Source: Flavobacteriales bacterium (lineage in GTDB: Bacteria > Bacteroidota > Bacteroidia > Palsa-965). Taken from it: a stretch of DNA of 64,000 nt. Below the pieces are notes generated by a model. That model saw only the letters and a program-made list of their open reading frames with translations. It made no database searches and was not told the DNA's origin. The stretch lies in NCBI GenBank assembly GCA_040377305.1, contig JBEIPA010000007.1, positions 96,001 to 160,000 on the forward strand, in the 5' to 3' direction. Position numbers and translations under genes: made by a program. Shown here in pieces: positions 1 through 10,875 of the stretch (its first letter is position 1; each line of letters starts with the position of its first letter).

Positions 1-417
1 CTCCGCCATGGCCTGGGATTCAATCACTGCAAGTTGTGCTTCATGTATACGGAGTTTATCGAGTCCATCATTTATAGCTTGTTCTTCCTTCATCGCAGAC
101 TCTGCGGAAATTGACCCGATCGTAACGCGCTGTTGCAGGACGGCATAACGATTTTGCAAATCAGCGGCTGCATTCTGGTAAGCTTTCATGCTACTATCGA
201 GGTTGTTCGTGGCGGATACAGCTAGATCCGTATATGCGAGATAGTTGTTGTTGATCGAATCAATATTAATGTAGAGTACATTCAGCGGCGTTGAACCGGC
301 TTGATTTCCAATGCTGCGTTCACCTTCCCCGTATGCAGGCTGGATCGAGAACATGAGCAGTGCAGCGGATGAAATGATGAGGGAAATACCAATAGCGAAA
401 TGCAGAAAGTTTTTCAT
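1..417 (-). CDS. OmpH/Skp-like periplasmic chaperone (partial, runs off the window start)
   Basis: Hand translation from ATG at 417: MKNFLHFAIGISLIISSAALLMFSIQPAYG...VLYINIDSINNNYLAY, then a coiled-coil-like helix; open to position 1; not in the ORF track. Confidence 0.65.
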   Translation of the reverse strand, partial: MKNFLHFAIGISLIISSAALLMFSIQPAYGEGERSIGNQAGSTPLNVLYINIDSINNNYLAYTDLAVSATNNLDSSMKAYQNAAADLQNRYAVLQQRVTIGSISAESAMKEEQAINDGLDKLRIHEAQLAVIESQAMAE

Positions 418-451
418 GTCAGCGGATTTTAACGCAAGAAATATACAAATG

Positions 452-483
452 AAAAAGCCTTCCGCGGGTGCAGAAGGCTTTTT
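452..483. terminator. Intrinsic terminator after sdhB
   Basis: AAAAAGCCTTC...GAAGGCTTTTT inverted repeat with A/T tails. Confidence 0.8.
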
Positions 484-499
484 CCATCAGGTCGTATTT

Positions 500-1243
500 C
501 TACTTCTTCGCACTCGCCATCAAATACTCGCGGTTCAGGCGTGCAATGTTGTCGAGTGAAATTTCTTTCGGGCATTCTGCTTCACAGCTTCCGGTGTTCG
601 TGCAATTTCCGAATCCCAGTTCATCCATTTCTTTCACCATGTTGAGAACACGATCTGTGCGCTCGGGTTGTCCTTGCGGAAGAAGGGCGTACTGAGAAAC
701 TTTTGCAGAAACGAAAAGCATTGCAGAAGAATTTTTGCAGGCTGCAACACAAGCGCCGCAACCAATACACGCAGCTGCAGCGAATGAAGCATCAGCATCT
801 GTTTTCGGAATAGGAAGACAGTTTGCGTCTTGCGCGTTTCCCGTGTTCACAGAAACGAATCCTCCGGCAGACTGAATCTTGTCGAATGCAGTACGATCAA
901 CAACCAGATCTCTGATCACCGGGAATGCTTTCGCACGCCAAGGTTCTACAGTGATTGTATCGCCATCTTTGAATGCACGCATGTGAAGCTGACAGGTTGT
1001 TGTTCCCTGCCAAGGTCCGTGTGAGCGACCGTTGATGTGCATGGAACACATACCGCAGATTCCTTCGCGGCAATCGTGGTCGAATGCAATCGGTTCTTCG
1101 TTTTTCTCGATGAGACGTTCGTTCAGTACATCGAACATTTCGAGGAAAGACATGTCCGGAGAAATGTCGCTAACTTGATACGTAGAGAATGCTCCTTTGT
1201 CAGATGCATTCTTCTGTCTCCAAACTTTTAATGTCAGATTCAT
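500..1243 (-). CDS. sdhB: Succinate dehydrogenase/fumarate reductase Fe-S subunit
   Basis: [23 protein letters not shown] and [12 protein letters not shown] Fe-S motifs; likely start [10 protein letters not shown] at 1243. Confidence 0.97.
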   Translation of the reverse strand: MNLTLKVWRQKNASDKGAFSTYQVSDISPDMSFLEMFDVLNERLIEKNEEPIAFDHDCREGICGMCSMHINGRSHGPWQGTTTCQLHMRAFKDGDTITVEPWRAKAFPVIRDLVVDRTAFDKIQSAGGFVSVNTGNAQDANCLPIPKTDADASFAAAACIGCGACVAACKNSSAMLFVSAKVSQYALLPQGQPERTDRVLNMVKEMDELGFGNCTNTGSCEAECPKEISLDNIARLNREYLMASAKK

Positions 1244-1284
1244 AGGCAAATTTTTACCGCCAAGACGCCAGAGCGCCAAGACAC

Positions 1285-3264
1285 TTATTTATATGATCGT
1301 GCTGATACTTTGATTCGTTCGTATTTCAATTCTTCTTTATGTAATTCGAAATTCACTCCTGGTTTAAATTCCCAGCACGCAGCGTACATGTAATTTTCAT
1401 CATCACGTTGTGCTTCGCCTTCTTCGGTCTGGAATTCTTCGCGGAAGTGACCGCCACACGATTCGTTACGGTTCAACGCATCGAGACACATCAATTCGCC
1501 GAGCTCCAGGAAATCTGCAACACGTCCTGCTTTTTCAAGTTCAAGATTCATTTCGTGCTGTCCGCCGAGTACTTTCACTTCTTTCCAGAATTCTTCGCGT
1601 AGCTGACGAATTTCTGCCGCAGCAGCTTTCAATCCTTCCGCGTTACGAGCCATTCCGCATTTGTCCCACATGATTTTTCCGAGACGCTTGTGGAAGTGAT
1701 CCACTGATTTCGTTCCCTTAATCGAGAGGAACTTATCGAGTGTTTCCTGAACGCTTTTCTCAGCTTCAACAAAAGCTTCGTGATCGGTAGGCAATGCTTT
1801 GTCTTTGATCTGGCTGTTGAGGTAAGAACCGATTGTGTATGGAATTACAAAATACCCATCAGCTAATCCTTGCATCAATGCCGAAGCACCGAGACGATTC
1901 GCACCGTGATCTGAGAAGTTTGCTTCACCCAACGCGTACAAACCAGGAACAGTTGTCATCAGGTTGTAGTCAACCCAAAGTCCACCCATGGTATAGTGTA
2001 CTGCAGGATAAATGCGCATCGGCATGTCGTACGGATTCTCATCTGTGATCTTCGCATACATATCGAAGAGGTTGCCGTATTTTTCTTTCACCACTTCTTT
2101 TCCAAGAGCGATGATACGTTCATGCGTTGCAGATGTTTCGCCGATTTTATTGGCTTGCTGTTTTCCGTAACGTTCAATTGCAGCAGCGAAGTCGAGGTAC
2201 ACGGCCATCTTCGAAGAACCAACACCGTAACCGGCATCGCAACGTTCTTTTGCAGCACGTGAAGCAACGTCGCGTGGTACGAGGTTACCAAATGCAGGAT
2301 AACGACGCTCGAGATAATAGTCGCGTTCTTCTTCCGGAATATCTTTCGCTTTGCGCGGATCGTCTTTTTGTTTCGGAACCCAGATGCGGCCGTCGTTACG
2401 TAACGACTCCGACATGAGTGTGAGTTTCGATTGGTGATCGCCCGTTACAGGAATACACGTCGGGTGAATCTGCGTGAAGCAAGGATTTCCGAAGTACGCT
2501 CCTTTGCGGTGCGCTTTCCATGCAGCCGTAACGTTTGAACCCATTGCGTTTGTGGAGAGATAGAATACGTTTCCGTATCCGCCGGTACACAACAACACGG
2601 CGTGACCCGAATGACGCTCGAGTTTTCCGGTTACAAGATCGCGGGCAATAATTCCTTTTGCTTGTCCGTTGACCGTAACAACGTCGAGCATTTCGTGACG
2701 TGTGAAAGATTCAACAGTACCAAGTCCAACTTGTCTTTGTAAAGCAGAATACGCACCGAGCAAAAGCTGTTGTCCGGTTTGTCCTGCTGCGTAGAACGTA
2801 CGCTGAACCTGAGTTCCGCCGAATGAACGGTTGCTGAGCATTCCGCCGTATTCACGGGCAAAAGGAACACCTTGTGCTACGCACTGATCGATGATTGCAG
2901 CGCTTACTTCCGCCAAACGATATACGTTGCCTTCGCGTGCGCGGTAGTCACCACCTTTGATTGTATCGTAGAACAAACGGTAAGTTGAGTCACCATCGTT
3001 CTGGTAATTTTTCGCTGCGTTAATTCCACCTTGTGCTGCAATTGAGTGCGCACGACGGGCAGAATCCTGAAAGCAGAATACCTTCACCTTGTAACCCATT
3101 TCGGCAAGAGATGCAGCAGCTGCAGAACCGGCAAGGCCGGAACCAACAACGATGATTTCAAGACTGCGTTTGTTCGCAGGGTTTACAAGTGGCACTGAAG
3201 CTTTATATCCCGACCATTTTGTTTCGATCGGTCCTTCAGGAATTTTTGAGTCTAATGTTGCCAT
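1285..3264 (-). CDS. sdhA: Succinate dehydrogenase/fumarate reductase flavoprotein
   Basis: GSGLAG FAD motif, [28 protein letters not shown]. Confidence 0.98.
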   Translation of the reverse strand: MATLDSKIPEGPIETKWSGYKASVPLVNPANKRSLEIIVVGSGLAGSAAAASLAEMGYKVKVFCFQDSARRAHSIAAQGGINAAKNYQNDGDSTYRLFYDTIKGGDYRAREGNVYRLAEVSAAIIDQCVAQGVPFAREYGGMLSNRSFGGTQVQRTFYAAGQTGQQLLLGAYSALQRQVGLGTVESFTRHEMLDVVTVNGQAKGIIARDLVTGKLERHSGHAVLLCTGGYGNVFYLSTNAMGSNVTAAWKAHRKGAYFGNPCFTQIHPTCIPVTGDHQSKLTLMSESLRNDGRIWVPKQKDDPRKAKDIPEEERDYYLERRYPAFGNLVPRDVASRAAKERCDAGYGVGSSKMAVYLDFAAAIERYGKQQANKIGETSATHERIIALGKEVVKEKYGNLFDMYAKITDENPYDMPMRIYPAVHYTMGGLWVDYNLMTTVPGLYALGEANFSDHGANRLGASALMQGLADGYFVIPYTIGSYLNSQIKDKALPTDHEAFVEAEKSVQETLDKFLSIKGTKSVDHFHKRLGKIMWDKCGMARNAEGLKAAAAEIRQLREEFWKEVKVLGGQHEMNLELEKAGRVADFLELGELMCLDALNRNESCGGHFREEFQTEEGEAQRDDENYMYAACWEFKPGVNFELHKEELKYERIKVSARSYK

Positions 3265-3290
3265 AATGCTGTATTCAAAAATATCGTTGG

Positions 3291-3983
3291 TTACTGTGCC
3301 CAGTTTAGAATGTCGAAGTTCATCATCTTCGCGATGAAGAAAATAATCGGGAAAGAAGCGAATCCAATTCCCATTAGAATTGCGAAACCTGCGCTCGCCT
3401 TTTTGAGAACGGGACCGTATTTCTTGTTGTTAAGTCCGAGCGACTGGAATGCAGAAGCAAATCCGTGACTGATGTGCCAAGCAAGGATGATGATGGAGAT
3501 CAGATACAATCCTGCGTACATCGGATTGCCCAATGCTTCTGCAACATTTTGCGCAAGCGTTTGTTGTCCTTCGTGACCAACTGTGTCGGTAACACGATAG
3601 GGCACAAAGAAGTTCCACAAGTGCACCACAATGAAAAACAGAATCACACTTCCTGTCAATCCCATGTTGCGGGAAATCCACGATGAAGTTGTGCTGGCTC
3701 CGTCGATCGCGTATTTCACCGGACGTGCGTCGCTGTTTTGTTTTGTGAGAACAGTTGCCTGCAATACGTGAATGACGATTGCAGCGAATAGCACGATCTC
3801 GATGATGCGGATGATGAGCATGTGCACCATGGAATGTGATGTTTCGTTGAATTCAACACCGCCATCACCGTAAAACAGGGATACGTTTGTGTAGAGGTGT
3901 TCGACAAGAAATAAACAGAGAAAGAGACCAGTCGCGGCCATTACTGCCTTCTTGCCGAGCGAAGAAGTGAGAAATTTGTTCAT
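3291..3983 (-). CDS. sdhC: Succinate dehydrogenase cytochrome b subunit (Bacteroidota b558 type)
   Basis: [13 protein letters not shown] start, 5 TM helices with heme His residues, [14 protein letters not shown]; start at MNKF. Confidence 0.93.
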   Translation of the reverse strand: MNKFLTSSLGKKAVMAATGLFLCLFLVEHLYTNVSLFYGDGGVEFNETSHSMVHMLIIRIIEIVLFAAIVIHVLQATVLTKQNSDARPVKYAIDGASTTSSWISRNMGLTGSVILFFIVVHLWNFFVPYRVTDTVGHEGQQTLAQNVAEALGNPMYAGLYLISIIILAWHISHGFASAFQSLGLNNKKYGPVLKKASAGFAILMGIGFASFPIIFFIAKMMNFDILNWAQ

Positions 3984-4044
3984 AGACTGAACTGAGATTT
4001 TGGTTGTGTGCTGGAATCCGTTTAAGCGTAAAGGAGCAGCGGGA

Positions 4045-4052
4045 CAAATGTA
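4045..4052 (-). promoter_or_regulatory. Bacteroidota -7 promoter box of sdhCAB
   Basis: TACATTTG on the minus strand matches TAnnTTTG. Confidence 0.65.
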
Positions 4053-4147
4053 CACACCGAGTTGGTTTGTATCAAGGGAAAAAGTGCTGAAAATGGGTTG
4101 TTTGGAGAGATTCTAAAGTAAAAATCAGCCTTTCTTTCTGCAGATTC

Positions 4148-6547
4148 TTATTCTTTTTCGTATTTCTTATCTGGAAAGTTTTCGGTGTCCCAGATATTTT
4201 TTGACTCGTAACACACGTAGAAGTTTTTTTCGTGTTCGTTCACATTTAGCTGGAAGAAGGCATGAAAGAAATTGAGAAACTTCTTATTAATTACCGGATT
4301 AACTGCCATGTAGTTTCCTTTGGCAGAAGAATCAAAGCCGGTTCGGATACCGGGCACCCCGGAGTACACGTGTCTTTTTGAAGCGCGGGCTAAATGAGTC
4401 AGGTACGACGCCCTCAGGATTTTCCCCAGAATATAGACTAAATGGCCCAGCCTTACTTTCATTACCACGGGAGAAGATGATTTTCCTGATATTTTTTCAA
4501 GTACACTTCTTAGACTTCTGTCGGGGTTGGTTAGTTTGATGACGATGTCGTATGCCTCTTCAACCGTGTATCCGGCCACCGCAGTCGGGATCTGACCGTC
4601 ATCAGCAAGCTCAGTTAGTGATTGTCTGGAAGTGATAATGAATGGTAGAGAATTTCGTCGCTGTTGTGGTTTAAGATCGAATGGTCCGTTTACAATAGCC
4701 TTCATTAATTTGAGTACACTATCACTGCTATTATAGAACCAGCAGTAAATCCGTGCAGACTGAGACAGTGCCTTTTGAAATGTAAGAAGAAGACTACCAC
4801 TCATTATTCCATTGGAAAAATCTGTTGCCACTGATGGATCAAATAGTTCTTGATTCCCCTCATCGGCGAGAATACGTTCTGTTATTTTATCCGGATCAAA
4901 TGTGCTACTGAGCAGTGGGTCGATGCCAGGACTCTTCAGTTTTTCTTTGAAGTTTGTCGTGATAGGCCCGCTTTCGTCACAATGACACACGAAGTTCAAT
5001 TCGAATAGTGACCCCGGAAGTTCAGTGCCCAATCTGAGGATATCTGAATATACATCACTCATTCGCATAGCATTGGATCTGCCATTGAACACGAATTGTT
5101 TTTTTCCAAACAGATCTGTCTCCGTGCGGTAGTCACTTTTTCTTATGGGCTCGCACAAGTTGTCGAGTACAGGCAGATTCATTGAGCGGGTATCGAGATA
5201 CGTGACGATTCCGGTTTCAAAGTCGTAAATTCTGAATTGAAAGGTTGGAGAGCCCGCAGTGGAAATATTGGAAAGAAAATTGGCGATTCTTTGTTTACAC
5301 TTATCAAAGAAACTGATTCCATTGAAGGTATAATCTACACCCGACACAAAAAAAATCTGAGTACCCTGTGGTTTAATATCTGGACCAATTAATCGTGGCG
5401 ATGCAGGTAATTGCGGTCTGACAATTCGTTGGATTGTTCGGGGCTGTTCTCGTCGCAACTGCTCGGCTTCCTTAAGTGAAGGCAGAATTGGTTCCCTGAT
5501 ATCCGGTGTGAATACGAGATATCCTCTCCCTTCCTCATCCAGAGGTAAATTGAAATAGTCGCTGTAGAACTTGTTGATCGCACGCAACTCATTGGGAATC
5601 GAAGGCAGATTCCGACCTGCAGGTGGTTCGGATTCTGTGAAAGAATACAGGGAATTACTTATGACATTTACACCAGTAGATTTTGATAAGTAAAAAGCCG
5701 AAGTGCGTTCCAGATAACGGAGGAAAGCATATCGTATCATACTGAACGTGTACAATTGATTCTCCCTGATTGTTTTGGAGAACCACATTTTCTTCGGCAA
5801 CTTTTCCTGTACATAGAAAGAGGTTACACTTGGGCCATAATCAATAAGATCAATAACAGAATTCTCGCGAGGGATGAATCCGAGATCATTTATGTGTTTG
5901 ATCAATATTAAAGCACTTTCTCTGTTTGATTCGTCGAAATGGAAATCAACTTTGTCGGCGTGCCACAACCATATGAAACCGTGCACCGAGAATGCATTTT
6001 TGAAATGCGCGACTTCGTCGGTACTCCTATTGGGACTCACGAAATCGATTTTTGTTATCGGTTCGAGACACTTTTTCGAGCGGATGTTTGTGTTCTTGCC
6101 GTCGATATAGACATAGTCAAAGGCCAGGGTGAAAGCCGCATGATCGGCAGACACAGGACTGTTGAACCAGCTCATTTCAAAAAGTTCTCCCGGATTTTCT
6201 TTTCCAATCCTGATTACATAGTCGTAGACGTCTGTTATCGAAAGTTTGTTCTCTGTTGAACCGATGAATTCTACGAACAGGTCGCTGTTTTCCCGCGAGT
6301 ATCTGTAGTCTGATATGTTTGCTGGAAAATATTTTTTTATCACGACAGGTTTCACTGCTGAACCGCGGCTGCTAAAGTCCATTACTTTAACTTCTCCTGT
6401 CAAAAAATTAAACAACGTAAACCGAAGCGGAGCACCAGCGTGCTTACTCTTCAACTGATCCAAGCGCTCAAGGCATTGGAACTCAAATTTTATTTTGAAT
6501 TCCAACCAATCAACACCGGCCACAAGAATAAACTGCTTGCGTTTCAT
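4148..6547 (-). CDS. Hypothetical protein with two tandem copies of an unknown ~350-390 aa domain
   Basis: 799-aa ORF; internal repeat FILVAGVDW/IFFVSGVDY, SITDVYDYVIRIG..NPGELFEM/RMSDVYSDILRLG..LPGSLFEL; Pro-rich linker. Confidence 0.8.
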   Translation of the reverse strand: MKRKQFILVAGVDWLEFKIKFEFQCLERLDQLKSKHAGAPLRFTLFNFLTGEVKVMDFSSRGSAVKPVVIKKYFPANISDYRYSRENSDLFVEFIGSTENKLSITDVYDYVIRIGKENPGELFEMSWFNSPVSADHAAFTLAFDYVYIDGKNTNIRSKKCLEPITKIDFVSPNRSTDEVAHFKNAFSVHGFIWLWHADKVDFHFDESNRESALILIKHINDLGFIPRENSVIDLIDYGPSVTSFYVQEKLPKKMWFSKTIRENQLYTFSMIRYAFLRYLERTSAFYLSKSTGVNVISNSLYSFTESEPPAGRNLPSIPNELRAINKFYSDYFNLPLDEEGRGYLVFTPDIREPILPSLKEAEQLRREQPRTIQRIVRPQLPASPRLIGPDIKPQGTQIFFVSGVDYTFNGISFFDKCKQRIANFLSNISTAGSPTFQFRIYDFETGIVTYLDTRSMNLPVLDNLCEPIRKSDYRTETDLFGKKQFVFNGRSNAMRMSDVYSDILRLGTELPGSLFELNFVCHCDESGPITTNFKEKLKSPGIDPLLSSTFDPDKITERILADEGNQELFDPSVATDFSNGIMSGSLLLTFQKALSQSARIYCWFYNSSDSVLKLMKAIVNGPFDLKPQQRRNSLPFIITSRQSLTELADDGQIPTAVAGYTVEEAYDIVIKLTNPDRSLRSVLEKISGKSSSPVVMKVRLGHLVYILGKILRASYLTHLARASKRHVYSGVPGIRTGFDSSAKGNYMAVNPVINKKFLNFFHAFFQLNVNEHEKNFYVCYESKNIWDTENFPDKKYEKE

Positions 6548-6563
6548 TTAGATCAAAAATTAA

Positions 6564-9356
6564 TTACGACTGCATTTGATCTTCAAACTCCGGCACATCC
6601 TTCTGCAGATACACCAACGATGTCGGTAAATTCACTTCCCACGGTTCTGCTCCTTGCGGATACACAACACCATCTTCGAGTACACCGAGATTCTCGGTGA
6701 TTTCCTGAATGATCGGCAAGTAAACACTATCGTTCATGAGCGGAGGATTATTTCCTTCCCAGATTATGCCAGTCTGGAGGAAATAAGCCACTACGTGCTC
6801 GAATCCTGGACGCACTGCAAGCTGTACACGTGTTGCACCGGCTTTCAGAAACGCAGTGAATGAATTGTCGCTGCCTGTAAGTTGTATGGCATCGGCCCAG
6901 CGAACTTTTCTTCCCCAGAAATACGGATACATCACATAAGCGAGATTGTTCCATTCGAACGCGTGTTCAAAGAAGCGAATGATTGAACCATGATCACAAA
7001 CTTTGTCTGTGTCTATCAATGGCGGTTCTCCCGGCCGCATGGAATCTAATCCCGGTGCAGCATGTTTAGTAAGCAACTGAATGCAAAGCTTGCGGAGTTC
7101 TTCCTCTATGATTGTTGCATTGCTTGCAGGATCAGATCCGGGAATAGTATTCTGTCCTCGCTGAATGGAAGCAGTTGCGAGCTTCTCCTCGTATTCTGCC
7201 AGTTGATTACGATACGCCTCCATGATCGCATCGTAAACGGAATGCTGCCAGGAAGAGAATCCTTCTTTGGTGAGTTCACAATACACATCAATCCCCAAGC
7301 TGAAGTTAAATGCGCTTCGATAGTGTACAGCAACTGCAAGCTCTTTCTCTCTTTTGCGCGCAAAGCCTGCATACTGCCAGCCGCCAACTACTGTGAATAC
7401 GCCATCGCCAATGTAAATACGTGCATGCGGATTTCCGGTTGTTCCAAGCGAAGTGTCGTTCGCGACTGAAGCGGCATAAGCTTCATACTTATCAGGCAAT
7501 GGAATTTTTGATGCTCGCGCATAATCATCTTTAGTACTGCCATCCTTACTGTCGTTATATGAAACAGTAATGAATTGCGGCGGCGGCTCAGATACACCGG
7601 TTACACCATACTTGCGAATGTAATCCTGATAATTGACGCGTGTAATATTGTTGGGCGCCAAAGGGGCATTTCCGAAAACAGGCGCTTCTGGTTTGACGAT
7701 GAGTGTGCCTTCCGGTGGAGATTTTACTAGCGAGAACAGATAGAACGCAGCCGGTTCAGGCAGCACGAAGTCAAGAATCATGCGCTGACCATAATTCAGA
7801 ACCTGTGCGTTATAAATCTTGTCAAGCCATCGGTACACACCGGTGATGTTATTGTCGTGACCGTTTTCAAATTTGTGCGCATTCGCTTCTTCCACTTCTT
7901 CGACTGAAGTAGTTCGGCGTTCACGCTTCGTTAACTCGCGGATTTTTTCCGATGTTTTTTCACTGAGTGAACGTGAAAAGTTGACTGCTTTTTGCTGTGA
8001 TTCTTCTGTGGTACTGCTGAAACTGGAATCAATCTGAGAATCAAAACTCATAGTTGGTCCGTAAGAACCACTTACTTGTACACCGAAATTCAATCCGAGC
8101 TCGGTTGTGGCAGTGCTACTGATCTGCGATTGCATTTCATTGCGTTCTGTTGTTTCCAGTTCACGCTCTTTTGTTTTCTCAGTTTCGCTGGACGTGAAGA
8201 AATCTTCTGTAAGTCGATTCAACCGACGGTGATTGCGTTCGCGCTTTTCTCCTTTCAGTACATTTTCGACATGAGCAATTTCACCCAGGCGATATCCTTT
8301 CAGTTTCTGACGTATGAGTAACAGATCGCCGATACCGGCAACAATCGAACAGTTCTTTTTCGGTTCACCTGCATTTTCCACCGTGGATTCACCTGAATAT
8401 AGTTTCGCAGTGTCGACGTATAAATTGCCCAGACGCAACATTCCATTGCTATCCGGAGTTGACTGAGTTACCCGAAAATTGGACATTTCCCGTTCTAATA
8501 TCGAAAGAATTTCGAATGGATCTGTGTTGTACACATCTGATTTGATTTTTCGGAGAACAGAAAGTGTAGTTGAACTCACGCGCGAAGCAGGAATGCGTAA
8601 ATCTCCGATGCCATTCGGTGATAGGGTCGAACCAATACTCTCTCCTTCTTTGGCGCCCGCCCGCACACTGGATTTTTCAATGCTTCCTTTTGCTTTGACG
8701 ATTTGAGGTGCAGCGGCACTGATGAGTCGGGAAATTTCATTGTACGCACTCTCCAGTTCACCGGAAACAATACGGTTTGCAGTTTCTTTCGAAGGGCGTT
8801 GTGTTATTTGCGTGACGTTGCTCTTCATTTGTAACTGGGTAGCCCACTGCGGAAATGCGACGGTCAGTCGGGAGATGTAATGTCCAAGGGATTCCTTGTC
8901 GTTTTCAGGAATGGATTTGGCTGAACGCAGGTACACTAGTTTGAGAACGGTGCTTAACTCATCTGAGTTCCGTTTACGACTGTTGCCCAGTATTGCAATG
9001 CTCAAAAGGGAATCAGCAATGGCGGTGTACTCGGTCGTAACTGCCCCTGTGTATTTGAGAAAGTCTTCCGACTTCAATGCTTGAGTTGCTGGTGTGAGGC
9101 GCGATTCAAATGCCCAGACTTGCAGCGCAGTTAATTCAGGATGGTCGCCTATATCTTCTTTGAAAATCGGACTGCGTTGAAAGTTTCTCGCGGCTGTTTT
9201 AATTTCTTCGGCCGTAGCTTTCTTAAGCTTCTGATATAGTTCAGTTTTTTTCTCCGCAACGGAATACGGATCGAACTGTACGCTTGATGTTCCGGAAAGT
9301 TTGGCAGGCGCAGCAGGTCGCACGCTTAGGAAGCGGAAGATATTTTCTCCTTGCAT
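6564..9356 (-). CDS. Hypothetical protein, candidate beta-pore-forming component
   Basis: 930-aa ORF, no signal peptide; S/T/E-rich stem with an alternating amphipathic hairpin; C-terminal FEHAFEW..YPYFWGRK block. Confidence 0.8.
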   Translation of the reverse strand: MQGENIFRFLSVRPAAPAKLSGTSSVQFDPYSVAEKKTELYQKLKKATAEEIKTAARNFQRSPIFKEDIGDHPELTALQVWAFESRLTPATQALKSEDFLKYTGAVTTEYTAIADSLLSIAILGNSRKRNSDELSTVLKLVYLRSAKSIPENDKESLGHYISRLTVAFPQWATQLQMKSNVTQITQRPSKETANRIVSGELESAYNEISRLISAAAPQIVKAKGSIEKSSVRAGAKEGESIGSTLSPNGIGDLRIPASRVSSTTLSVLRKIKSDVYNTDPFEILSILEREMSNFRVTQSTPDSNGMLRLGNLYVDTAKLYSGESTVENAGEPKKNCSIVAGIGDLLLIRQKLKGYRLGEIAHVENVLKGEKRERNHRRLNRLTEDFFTSSETEKTKERELETTERNEMQSQISSTATTELGLNFGVQVSGSYGPTMSFDSQIDSSFSSTTEESQQKAVNFSRSLSEKTSEKIRELTKRERRTTSVEEVEEANAHKFENGHDNNITGVYRWLDKIYNAQVLNYGQRMILDFVLPEPAAFYLFSLVKSPPEGTLIVKPEAPVFGNAPLAPNNITRVNYQDYIRKYGVTGVSEPPPQFITVSYNDSKDGSTKDDYARASKIPLPDKYEAYAASVANDTSLGTTGNPHARIYIGDGVFTVVGGWQYAGFARKREKELAVAVHYRSAFNFSLGIDVYCELTKEGFSSWQHSVYDAIMEAYRNQLAEYEEKLATASIQRGQNTIPGSDPASNATIIEEELRKLCIQLLTKHAAPGLDSMRPGEPPLIDTDKVCDHGSIIRFFEHAFEWNNLAYVMYPYFWGRKVRWADAIQLTGSDNSFTAFLKAGATRVQLAVRPGFEHVVAYFLQTGIIWEGNNPPLMNDSVYLPIIQEITENLGVLEDGVVYPQGAEPWEVNLPTSLVYLQKDVPEFEDQMQS

Positions 9357-9576
9357 AATATGGGTTTGTTTAATTGTATAGTTGCCAAATATTGAACAAC
9401 TGGCTTAGATGCGACCTATTGATTTCCGCAAAATGCTTGTGAATCTCAGTTATACATAAAAAAGGGGCTGGTGTTACAGTTAATCATTCGCTTCTGCCGC
9501 CCATCAAGATTATTGTAATCTGTACGATCCTGTTCGCAATTACATATATCTTTAAGACACAATTCAAAAAACAGAT

Positions 9577-10875
9577 ATGCGCTACGCACCAATTCCAAAT
9601 TCACTTTTCACCGGCAATCGTAAACGTTTTGCTGCGAAAATGCTTCCGAAATCGATTGCAATTTTCAATGCGAACGACGTACAGCCAACCAATGCTGACG
9701 GCACGATGAAGTTCCGTCAGAACAATGATCTGTTTTATCTCAGCGGTGTTGATCAGGAAGAAACAATTCTTGTTGTGTTTCCTGATTGTCCGGATCCTGA
9801 TCACAGAGAAGTGTTGTTTGTGCGTGAGACGAATGATCACATCGCAGTTTGGGAAGGTGAGAAGCTTTCGAAAGCTGGCGCAACAGCAGTTTCAGGAATT
9901 CAGAAAGTGTATTGGACACACCAGTTCAACCAGGTTTTCTTCGGACTCATTGCTGAAGCAACAAACGTTTATGTGAACACCAACGAACACGTGCGGGCGG
10001 TTGTTGAAGTTGAAACCCGGGATGCGCGTTTCATCAACTGGTGTAAGAAACAATACCCTGCGCACAACTATGTTCGCAGTGCACCCATTATGCATGAGTT
10101 GCGTGCCATTAAGTCGCGCATTGAACTGGAATTGATGCAACATGCTTGTGATCTGACAGAACAAGGATTCCGTCGCGTTCTTGGTTTTGTGAAACCGGGT
10201 GTGTGGGAATATCAGATTGAAGCTGAACTGGGTCATGAATTTACGATGAGCGGTGGAAGTTTTGCTGGATACGAGCCAATCATTGCATCAGGAAAAAATT
10301 CATGCGTACTTCACTACAACATCAATGATAAGCAGTGTAAAGACGGAGATGTACTTCTCATGGATTTTGCTGCTGGGTATGCAAATTATCAGAGCGATCT
10401 GACACGTACCATTCCGGTGAACGGAAAATTCACGGCACGTCAGAAGAATGTGTACAACGCCGTGTTGCGTGTAATGCGTTATGCAATGTCGCGGCTTGTT
10501 GTTGGAAACACCATTCAGAAATATCACAAGGAAGTTGGTGAAGCCATGCAAGAGGAATTACTCAAGCTTCGTTTGATCAACAAAACGCAAATCAAGAATC
10601 AGGATCCGGCGTGGCCCGCATTCAAAAAATATTTCATGCACGGAACTTCACACTATCTTGGATTAGATGTGCATGATGTTGGAAGCCGTTACCGCAAGTT
10701 CGAAGAGGGAATGGTGTTCACCTGCGAGCCGGGAATTTATATTCCGGAAGAAGGAATTGGTGTTCGTATTGAGAATGATCTCATCATCACGAAGAAGGGT
10801 GCCGTGGATATGATGAAAAATATTCCGATTGAAGCGGATCATATAGAACAATTGATGAAGGAGGGGAAGAAATAA
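9577..10875 (+). CDS. pepP: Xaa-Pro aminopeptidase (M24B)
   Basis: FRQNNDLFYLSG, SDLTRT, HGTSHYLGLDVHD, EPGIY, GVRIE. Confidence 0.93.
   Translation: MRYAPIPNSLFTGNRKRFAAKMLPKSIAIFNANDVQPTNADGTMKFRQNNDLFYLSGVDQEETILVVFPDCPDPDHREVLFVRETNDHIAVWEGEKLSKAGATAVSGIQKVYWTHQFNQVFFGLIAEATNVYVNTNEHVRAVVEVETRDARFINWCKKQYPAHNYVRSAPIMHELRAIKSRIELELMQHACDLTEQGFRRVLGFVKPGVWEYQIEAELGHEFTMSGGSFAGYEPIIASGKNSCVLHYNINDKQCKDGDVLLMDFAAGYANYQSDLTRTIPVNGKFTARQKNVYNAVLRVMRYAMSRLVVGNTIQKYHKEVGEAMQEELLKLRLINKTQIKNQDPAWPAFKKYFMHGTSHYLGLDVHDVGSRYRKFEEGMVFTCEPGIYIPEEGIGVRIENDLIITKKGAVDMMKNIPIEADHIEQLMKEGKK

Noticed and set aside
5348-5355. 8-A run in the 799-aa gene as a phase-variation tract
   Set aside because: Short, in frame and unremarkable in AT-rich sequence
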